DNA of 64,000 bases from Neocallimastix sp. 'constans'. Taxonomy: Eukaryota. The notes beneath the pieces are model-generated. The model made no database searches, was not told the DNA's origin, and was given only the letters and a program-made list of their open reading frames with translations. The translations under genes and the position numbers were made by a program. The DNA lies in the NCBI GenBank assembly GCA_050613775.1, contig JBODTK010000129.1, positions 248,001-312,000 on the forward strand, given 5' to 3'. How positions within the stretch are numbered: position 1 is the first letter of the stretch; every line of letters starts with the position of its first letter. This document shows, piece by piece, positions 1 through 8,250 of this stretch.

Positions 1-3000
1 TTGGCGTTGGGAAAGAAGTTCAGGTTTTCGAGGGAAAGTTAAATTCTTATGATCAGTATAAATAATAAACTGATGGCGAGCTCCTTCTAAGTAATGTCTC
101 CATCCTTCCAATGCAACTTTAATAGCAAGAAGTTCTTTGTCATAGATAGGGTAATTTCTTTGGGATTTAGTTAAGCTAGTAGAAATAAAAGCAATTGGAT
201 GCAAATGCCCATCAAACTCCTGAGAAAGAATTGCACCAACAGCAAAATTACTAGCATCAGTTTCAACAATGAATTGTTTGTTGCTATCAGGATGTTTCAA
301 AATAGGAGCAGTAGTAAATAATTCTTTTAAAGTATCAAACGCTTTTTGTTGTTCAGAACTCCAATTAAAAGGAACATTTTTTCTAGTTAATTTGTGGAGA
401 GGATTTGCAATTTTCGCAAAGTCTTTAATAAAAATTCTGTAATAATTACAAAGTCCAATAAACGATTGAATTTCTTTAACGTTTGTTGGAACAGGCCAAT
501 CTAAAATTGCTTTAACTTTTTCTTTATCCATTTTAATTCCATCTCTTGATAAAACATAACCAAGAAAGGTAGTTTCAGTTACATCAAATTCACACTTTTC
601 TAATTTAACAACTAAATGATTCTCTAACAATTTTCTTAAAACTTTCTTAACATGTACATGATGTTCTTCCAAAGTATTAGAATAAATTAAAATGCCATCA
701 ATGTAAGAGATTACAAAATCATCTAAGTAATCACTGAGAACATCATTTATAAAATGTTGGAATGTAGCAGGGGCATTCTTAAGCCCAAAAGGCATAACGA
801 GATATTCAAAGTGCCCGTATCTTGTACGAAAGGCAGTTTTGTACTCGTCACCTTCTTTAATTCTTACTAAGTTATAAGCAGATTTTAAATCTAACTTAGT
901 AAAATATTTAGCACCTTTAACTCTATCCAACAATTCACTAATTAAAGGAAGTGGATAAGAGTTACGGATGGTCATTTCGTTCAATTTTCTATAATCAATA
1001 ACTAGTCTATAAGTACCATCCTTTTTTCTAACAAATAAAATAGGTGCACCAGCAGGAGAAGAAGATTTCCTAATAAAACCCTTTTTTAAATTCTCTTCTA
1101 AATATTTCTTTAATTCTTCTCTCTCCGTTTCAGTTAAAGGGTACAACGGACCATAAAATAGACTACAATTATCTTTTAATTTAATTTCACAATCATAATT
1201 ACGATGCGGAGGTAACACATTACAATTATTTTCATTAAACACTTCTTTAAACATCAAATAGATTTCAGGTACTTCGACCTTTTCACCATCTTTATTTAAA
1301 TTATTATCTTCATCATTACATTTTTCAATTACATTTAATTTCTTACATTTACTAGATTCACAAATTTTCTTTAAAATCCTTAAACTATTAGTACTAATTT
1401 TACTATCACAATTCATAACAATAATATCATCACTATCGCTAAAGTTATCACTATCACTAATGCTATCACTAAAATTATCTAACATAAAAGTATCATTAAT
1501 ATCACTATCACTATCATAATTATTAAATTCAGAGCAAGTTCTAATACGAGTTCGGCGGCCACGAATAGAAATTTCTTCTTCTGAGTCAGAGTCGGAATCA
1601 GAGTCAAAGAGAGGTTTTCTTTTTCTTGATTCTTCAATAATAACTTTGTTTTCTTCTAGGTTGGTAGCAGGTTCTTTTCCTTTGTTCCTTTTCTTGTTCT
1701 TGTTTTTCCTTTTTCTTTTACCATTGTTACAATGTCTTGCACAGAAACCGGATCCGAAAGAAATCTTCTTTGCGTCATGGTAGTTGTAGGGGGAGTGCTT
1801 ATTGATCCATGGTAAACCCAAGATAATATCAACATCAGGAATCCTGAGAACATAGAGTTGAATCGTTTCCAAGTGGTTCCTTAAACGAAGAACGCATTTC
1901 TCAGTTTCCTTTTTTACTGATGAAACACCATATCCAAGACCAGTAACACGGAAAGGTTCTTCGATTTCTTTTGTTTTAATTCCAAAGGCTTTAGCGAATT
2001 CAGGATGGATAAAATTAAGATCAGAACCAGAATCGATCAGAACTCTTGCTTTTACTTCTTCTATATCGTTTGTTTTAATATAGAAATCAATGATATTACT
2101 TTTCTTTGTCAAAAGTGAGTTTTGTTCTTCCACGATTTTTCTAACTTTGACAATATCTTCTTGGCTGTTGATTCTTCTAATTCTTCTTAAACTACTTGAG
2201 GGTGTGGTAGCGGTGTTTTCTTGTTTACTGATAATCTTGACTCCGGCAGGTTTCTTCTTATTTGGACAGTTAAAATAGCGATGACCTGGTTTTTTACAAT
2301 AATAGCACAATCCTTTCCTTCTTTCTTCATCTCTTGAATTCGAGTTTTCTTGATATAATTTCTGGTTAGAAGGGAAGTAACTTGTATTCGTTTGTCCTCT
2401 CTTAATTCTGTATAAATCTATTTCCATTGGGTCACTAGTAGACGCATGATTATTATTATTTATTTCCTTACGATGGTAATAATTATGATAGAAAAATTCA
2501 TTTATTTCATGTCTCTTAGTTAAGCTTTCGATACTAAGGACATCAGTGAATAGTCTTCTTAAGTTGTTGGGATTTGGATTTACCACTGCAAGGTGCTCCC
2601 TCATCTTGTAGTGAAGTCCTTTTACAAACATATAAATCTTAGCAGAATCGTTAAAATCTGAATGTCTGCTGATTTTATTAAATTCATTTATATACTCACT
2701 AACATGACCAAATTTATGTTGTCGGATGCTACATAATTTACCGTTTGCGACAACTGTGCTCATGTCCTGCTCTCCAAATTGATTTCTTAATTCTTGAATA
2801 AAATCTTCATAAACATTGAGCAGGGGATCATTATTTCTTCGCAAGTTTGAGGCCCATATCAAGGGATCACCGACAAGATAAGAAATTATAAATCTGACCT
2901 TTGTATGGTCGTTATTGAAACCTTGTGGATTGGCTTCCATAGCTATTTCAGCTCTTGTAAGGAAGCCATCAAAGTCCTTCTTGATTCCAGAAAATAGCGG

Positions 3001-3060
3001 TGGTTCGTTAACAATCTTTTGATTGTTACGGGGCAGAACTTGATGATTCTCTTGATTCAT
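1..3060 (-). CDS. Single Gag-Pol polyprotein ORF of element A (partial, open to the window edge); RT motif reads YIDG instead of YIDD
   Basis: Manual translation from ATG 3060 gives Gag (PPLFSG), zinc knuckle CYYCKKPGHRYFNC, protease LIDSGS, RT (KLDLKSAYN, MPFGLKNAPATFQ, YIDG) and RNase H (ETDAS, YTDHKNL). All segments checked are in one frame. Probably missing from the ORF track because no stop lies in the window. Confidence 0.88.
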   Translation of the reverse strand, partial: MNQENHQVLPRNNQKIVNEPPLFSGIKKDFDGFLTRAEIAMEANPQGFNNDHTKVRFIISYLVGDPLIWASNLRRNNDPLLNVYEDFIQELRNQFGEQDMSTVVANGKLCSIRQHKFGHVSEYINEFNKISRHSDFNDSAKIYMFVKGLHYKMREHLAVVNPNPNNLRRLFTDVLSIESLTKRHEINEFFYHNYYHRKEINNNNHASTSDPMEIDLYRIKRGQTNTSYFPSNQKLYQENSNSRDEERRKGLCYYCKKPGHRYFNCPNKKKPAGVKIISKQENTATTPSSSLRRIRRINSQEDIVKVRKIVEEQNSLLTKKSNIIDFYIKTNDIEEVKARVLIDSGSDLNFIHPEFAKAFGIKTKEIEEPFRVTGLGYGVSSVKKETEKCVLRLRNHLETIQLYVLRIPDVDIILGLPWINKHSPYNYHDAKKISFGSGFCARHCNNGKRKRKNKNKKRNKGKEPATNLEENKVIIEESRKRKPLFDSDSDSDSEEEISIRGRRTRIRTCSEFNNYDSDSDINDTFMLDNFSDSISDSDNFSDSDDIIVMNCDSKISTNSLRILKKICESSKCKKLNVIEKCNDEDNNLNKDGEKVEVPEIYLMFKEVFNENNCNVLPPHRNYDCEIKLKDNCSLFYGPLYPLTETEREELKKYLEENLKKGFIRKSSSPAGAPILFVRKKDGTYRLVIDYRKLNEMTIRNSYPLPLISELLDRVKGAKYFTKLDLKSAYNLVRIKEGDEYKTAFRTRYGHFEYLVMPFGLKNAPATFQHFINDVLSDYLDDFVISYIDGILIYSNTLEEHHVHVKKVLRKLLENHLVVKLEKCEFDVTETTFLGYVLSRDGIKMDKEKVKAILDWPVPTNVKEIQSFIGLCNYYRIFIKDFAKIANPLHKLTRKNVPFNWSSEQQKAFDTLKELFTTAPILKHPDSNKQFIVETDASNFAVGAILSQEFDGHLHPIAFISTSLTKSQRNYPIYDKELLAIKVALEGWRHYLEGARHQFIIYTDHKNLTFPRKPELLSQRQ

Positions 3061-3324
3061 TTCTTGCAGGTTAAGGTCTTCGAATCTTCTTATTAGGTTG
3101 TTAAATCCCTCCAATTTGATTATTTTAAATTGACTTAAATTTTTGCAATTTCTTTAACAAAAATATCAAACAAATAAATATTTCAAACTATAACGTTTTT
3201 TCATCTAGTCGATCTAGCTCTATCCTTTGAAGCGGTGCTGTCGAGTAAACGTAACGTTATAAATTAAAATATTAAAGGTTTATGGTTTTTCGAATCTTGT
3301 TCTAAGACGTGTAATTGTAATTTC

Positions 3325-3388
3325 GGTAGCAATATTATAGAGCTGGTGGCAATATTCTGAAACTGGTAGCAATAATCTAAAACTGGTA
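3325..3388. repeat. 20-bp tandem repeat (~3 copies) in the 5' leader of element A
   Basis: GGTRGCAATA-type units start at 3325, 3345, 3365 and (partial) 3385. Confidence 0.7.
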
Positions 3389-3492
3389 AAAAAATATTTT
3401 GAATCAAGCCACACACAAGCCACTGTTAACGTATCACGTGTTATAATCTTGACTTATAACGTATTTTATTGAGAGAAAAAGGTAATTGTTAT

Positions 3493-4265
3493 TATAAAGT
3501 TTTGATTTAAAAAATAGATTATAAGTCAAAAATTATAATAACACTAAATAACACAAAAATGTTTTATAAACAAATAAGTTTTATTATATTTAGATTTTAA
3601 AATAATCTTTATTACTTATTAGTGTTATTAACAATAAATCGTTAATAACAATTACATCGATTAAAATACATGAAATTTGGTTAACTATTTATATTTTTAT
3701 CTTATTACATTTAGAATATATAATTCCTATTGAATTATATTATCTAACTATTTATTTAAAAACAATACTAACCTAAACTAATAATAAATAATTAACTATT
3801 ACTAAATAAAGAGAATTATAATTAATAACTAAAATAAATATAAACAATTTCAATCGAGCTCATTTATTATTTATTTATTATTTAAATATTATTAATAAAT
3901 TCTTATTATATTTTCTATTTAAAATTAATATAAAAGTTGTCATAATTATTTAATATGATTTTAGCATAAAATGCCGCAAGTTTCAACATGACTAATTGCA
4001 TAGTTTCATGTTGTTAATTTATCTTGTAAAAAACCTTAACTCTTATTATTTAAATTAAATTACATAAAAAGAAATGATTTTCAATTACTAGTTTCACAAG
4101 AGAAATTTTTAATTTATTAATATGATTGGGAAGAAGTCGAAGTTTTGTTTAAAATTATTTGCAATAATTTTATACACGTGATTTTTAATAGATTTATTTC
4201 AATTTTACTTAAATTTATGATTAAATTTAATTAAAATTTATAAAGATATTAATAATATCTTTACA
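3493..4265 (-). repeat. 5' LTR of element A (~773 bp, TG...TA)
   Basis: Minus strand starts TGTAAAGAT like LTR B and ends ACTTTATA, followed by the PBS-like ATAACAATTAC; its R/U5 region aligns with LTR B. Confidence 0.8.
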
Positions 4266-4805
4266 CTTCTTAGGACCTTTAAAGGTAGTTAAATCGGAAT
4301 TCAATACCGTAACCTTATGCGATCCTCAGACTGGTGAAGTTATGGATAGGAATGTACATAAGAAAAATGTCATTCCATTCTTTACCATGGAGACTTCAAG
4401 GGACGAAGTCTGATCTGGCGACGGGGGATCTTGGTACAAGACCGATTGAAATCCATAAAATTAATATAGCCTTAGAGTGGAAAATAAATATTAATAATTA
4501 TAAATATAGTGTAAAGTTGTACAAAATTTAATGTATTAAATTTTTAAAATATATAGAAATTAGAAATAATTTAATTTAAAAATAGAGGTTAAATAGTTTA
4601 ACTAAAAATAAAAAAATAAAAAAAATAATTTCGAGATTTAGTGAGATCTCAATTTGGGGAAATTGAGATCAAGAGAAATTAAGATTTAAAATTTTATAAT
4701 AAATAAAGAGATAATTAAATAAAATAATAATTGAGAAAGAAATTAAATATTTTAATAATAATAAATTATTGTGTATTATTTGGAATATTAGAATATTTAC
4801 CTTAA
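4266..4805 (+). mobile_element. Remnant E: integrase C-terminus, PPT and start of the 3' LTR of an older C-like gypsy element, interrupted by A and B
   Basis: Translates FLGPFKVVKSEFNTVTLCDPQTGEVMDRNVHKKNV, matching the GPFK...DRNVH end of element C. GACGGGGGATCT resembles the PPT of C (TCGGGGCATCT), and the LTR likely starts at TG 4432. Continues at 12041-12079. Confidence 0.8.
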
Positions 4806-5574
4806 TGTAAAGATTTAATAAAATCTTTAATAAATTAATTATTACATAATTAATTAATGTAATAAAATTACATAAATTTATGATTTACGTATATGAAAAT
4901 TAATTATAAATTTATGTAAAGTTTTCATAAAGGAAAAATTATTATTTAAATAATTTTGGATAATAACTTAAATCTAAATAATTTATTTAAGTTAGTTAAT
5001 TTAGTTTAGTTTATTTAAAATAGTTATTCTATTTAACTTAGTTAATTTAGTTTAGTTAGTTTAAAATACTTTAAAATTAATTTCGGAATAGTTTTAAATA
5101 GTTAAAATTAGTTTAAATAGTTTACAAAAATAGTTTTGAATTGTAAATATATAAACATTAGTATTAATAATATTTATATAATAAATATATAATAAATGAG
5201 TTGTTATTGAATTTAATTATTATTGTAAATAAGTTGAAAGTTTATTAAATTAATTATTGTTTAGTTTAGTTAATTATTATTTAATAAAATTATTAATAAA
5301 TATTTTGTTTATAACTAAATAGTAATATATGTAAATTAGATAGAAATAATATATTATAATGTAATAATGAAAAAATATAAATACATGTAAATTTCTATAA
5401 TTAAATCGATGTATTAGTTATTGACTATATGATAGTTAATAACAAAAAAGAGATTTAATTTTTTTTAATTAATAAAGATTATTTTATTTAAAAAAACGAA
5501 TTTTTATTACGTGTTTTTTTATTTTTGTGTTAAAATTTGTTATTTGTAATCTGTTTCTGATAGAACTCTTTACA
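4806..5574 (+). repeat. 5' LTR of element B
   Basis: TGTAAAGA...TCTTTACA terminal inverted repeat; direct repeat of 11272-12040. Confidence 0.97.
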
Positions 5575-5585
5575 ATAACTAATAC
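5575..5585 (+). promoter_or_regulatory. Self-priming-type primer binding site of element B
   Basis: ATAACTAATAC directly follows the LTR and is the reverse complement of LTR 5411-5421; there is no TGG-starting tRNA PBS. Confidence 0.8.
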
Positions 5586-5621
5586 CTTTTAAATAAAAAG
5601 AAACACGTTACAAATAATAAA

Positions 5622-6041
5622 ACTTTCTACTGATTTAGGACTCTACTTTAGGACTCTACTTTCTACTGATTTAGGTCTCTACTTTAGGACTCTACTTTCT
5701 ACTGATTTAGGACTCTACTTTAGGACTCTACTTTCTACTGATTTAGGACTCTACTTTAGGACTCTACTTTCTACTGATTTAGGACTATACTTTAGGACTC
5801 TACTTTCTACTGATTTAGGACTATACTTTAGGACTCTACTTTCTACTGATTTAGGACTCTACTTTAGGACTCTACTTTCTACTGATTTAGGACTCTACTT
5901 TAGGACTCTACTTTCTACTGATTTAGGACTCTACTTTAGGACTCTACTTTCTACTGATTTAGGACTCTACTTTAGGACTCTACTTTCTACTGATTTAGGA
6001 CTCTACTTTAGGACTCTACTTTCTACTGATTTAGGACTCTA
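5622..6041 (+). repeat. 36-bp tandem repeat array (~11.5 copies) in the 5' leader of element B
   Basis: Unit TTTCTACTGATTTAGGACTCTACTTTAGGACTCTAC; sequence lines recur at a 180-bp (5x36) period. Confidence 0.95.
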
Positions 6042-6378
6042 TAATTTTGACTTTTAACATAGATTTTTATTGCTCTTAAGCATTGTTAACCCTTACTGAT
6101 TTTGGACTCTTATTATTGTTGCTATTCAGGTTGAAATATTAATAATAGTTATATTATTCTATATTTTCTTCGTTTACTCGTTCGACACCTTTTCAAGTGG
6201 ATAGAGTCTGAACGACTTTACGATATTAAATATAGACATATTAATAACTTGTATAATTAATAATAAGAGATCAAAAAAAAAAAAAAAAAAAAAAAAATTT
6301 AATTATTAACGTCACTTTAACATTAACAATCTGGAAGAACTAAATCGCATATTTCAAAACCTTAATCTTGATGATAAC

Positions 6379-8250
6379 ATGGAGGGTCAACAACCAAACC
6401 AACTACCGATTCATCCTGCTACTCAACTGAAAATTATTAACGATCCACCGTTATTTTCTGGATCTACAAAGGATCTTGATGGTTTTTTAACTCGAGTGGA
6501 ATTGGCAATTGAGGTGAATCCTCATAGATTCCCCGATGATAGGAGAAGAGTAATGTTTGTAATCTCCTATTTAACAGGAAAAGCTTTAAATTGGGCTTCA
6601 TGCCTTAGAAGGAATAACAATCCTGTCTTAGGAAATTATGGAAATTTTATTGCTGAACTTCGTAGAAATTTCGGAGACCCTGATGTAGAAGCTGTTATTG
6701 CTAACGGAAAATTGTGTAACATACGCCAATTTAAATATGGACATGTTGTAGAGTATATCTCCGAGTTCCAAAAAATAAGTCAATACTCCGACTTTAATGA
6801 ACCGGCCAAGATATACATGTTCATAAAAGGTCTCCATTATAAGATGAGAGAAAAACTTGCTATTGTTAATCCAAACCCAGACAATTTGGAAAACTTATTT
6901 AGAGAGGCCGTAACGATTGAAAATCTAACAAAAAGAAACGATCTTAGAGAATATTATCTTACTCATCAGGACAGACGGAACTACAACCAAAATGACCCCA
7001 TGGATGTCGATCTTTACCGAATTAAAAAGGGTCAAACTGCTACTAGATACTTTCCCTCTCACAGAAAAAATTACAATGAGCAAAATAACCCTTTTAGGGA
7101 AGAACGAAAAAGAAAGGGCTTATGCTTCGTTTGTGGTAAGGCTGGGCATTTACAGTTCAATTGCCCTAACAAGAAAAGACCAAAAAATATAAAACTCATC
7201 AATAGAGCATCTGATACAGAAGCAGCTTCAACTTCTTCCTCTGCGCCGACTTCTTCTGTCAGACGAATTAAAAAGATTTGTGAAAATGAAAATGTTTACA
7301 GAATTCTTGATATTGTTGAAAAAGAAAATATGTTCTTTAAAGGTAAAACAAATATCCTTGATTTCTACATTAAAACCAACAATTCCGAAGAAACTAAAGT
7401 GAAGGTTCTTATTGACTCAGGTTCTGACATTAACTGCATGCATCCTGAATTTGCTAGGGTTAATAAAATCAATTTGATCAATGCTGATAATTCCTTTAAA
7501 GTTGCTGGTCTTGGTTATGGTTTATCTACTGTTAAGAAAATGACAGAAAAATGTATCCTCCGTTTTAAGAATCACTTGGAAGTTATTCAATTATACGCCC
7601 TTCGTATCCCCGATGTAGATATCATTTTAGGACTCCCTTGGATTGAAAAACATTGCCCTATTAACTACCATGATTCAAAGAAAATCTCTTTCAGTTCAGG
7701 ATACTGTGCTCGACACTGTAATGTAGGGAAAAGAAATAGAAAAAATAAGAATAAAAAGAAGTTAAATAAAATTTCTACTAAAGGAAAGGAACCATATGAA
7801 GAACTTTCCGTAACAAAGGAAAAAAATAATCCTAAGCGTAAGTATTCCTTCGAATCTGATTCCGATATGGATTCTGATGAAGAAATTACGATTAGAGGTC
7901 GTCGTACTCGTATTAAAACTTGTAGTGAAAAAGAAGAACTTAATGATGTAAAAAATTTTTGTATAATTAATTATGATAGTGATGTAAATGATAGTTTTAT
8001 GTTTGATAATGATGATGAAATTTATGAATTTAGTGATAGTAATAATATTAATTTAGATGAATTAAATAAAATTTGTAAAATTGATATTTTATGTAATAAT
8101 GTAACAAAAAATTGTAATCATAATGATAATTTTAATAAAGATGAAAATAAAAAGTATATTTCTAAAAAGTGTTCTGTGAAAAATTTGTGTTGTATCTGTA
8201 ATTGTTTAAAAATTAGTAATTTTGAGAATAAATTAAATCAAAAATTATAG
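6379..8250 (+). CDS. Gag plus aspartic protease of element B
   Basis: Retrotransposon gag domain, DPMDVD motif, zinc knuckle CFVCGKAGHLQFNC, protease LIDSGS. Confidence 0.93.
   Translation: MEGQQPNQLPIHPATQLKIINDPPLFSGSTKDLDGFLTRVELAIEVNPHRFPDDRRRVMFVISYLTGKALNWASCLRRNNNPVLGNYGNFIAELRRNFGDPDVEAVIANGKLCNIRQFKYGHVVEYISEFQKISQYSDFNEPAKIYMFIKGLHYKMREKLAIVNPNPDNLENLFREAVTIENLTKRNDLREYYLTHQDRRNYNQNDPMDVDLYRIKKGQTATRYFPSHRKNYNEQNNPFREERKRKGLCFVCGKAGHLQFNCPNKKRPKNIKLINRASDTEAASTSSSAPTSSVRRIKKICENENVYRILDIVEKENMFFKGKTNILDFYIKTNNSEETKVKVLIDSGSDINCMHPEFARVNKINLINADNSFKVAGLGYGLSTVKKMTEKCILRFKNHLEVIQLYALRIPDVDIILGLPWIEKHCPINYHDSKKISFSSGYCARHCNVGKRNRKNKNKKKLNKISTKGKEPYEELSVTKEKNNPKRKYSFESDSDMDSDEEITIRGRRTRIKTCSEKEELNDVKNFCIINYDSDVNDSFMFDNDDEIYEFSDSNNINLDELNKICKIDILCNNVTKNCNHNDNFNKDENKKYISKKCSVKNLCCICNCLKISNFENKLNQKL

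Larger units (their letters stand above)
1..4265 (-). mobile_element. Ty3/gypsy LTR retrotransposon A (relative of element B); 5' half only, continues beyond the window start
   Basis: 5' LTR at 3493-4265 followed by a Gag-PR-RT-RNaseH reading frame closely similar to element B; inserted into an older integrase fragment at 4266. Confidence 0.93.

Noticed and set aside
5622..6041. 36-bp repeat array as a CRISPR array
   Set aside because: Units are directly adjacent with no unique spacers, there are no cas genes, and the context is a eukaryotic retrotransposon.
6179..6210. tRNA gene or Pol III promoter (GTTCGACACC and TGGATAGAG)
   Set aside because: Boxes are in the wrong order, no cloverleaf forms, and the B-box-like part is not conserved in element A.
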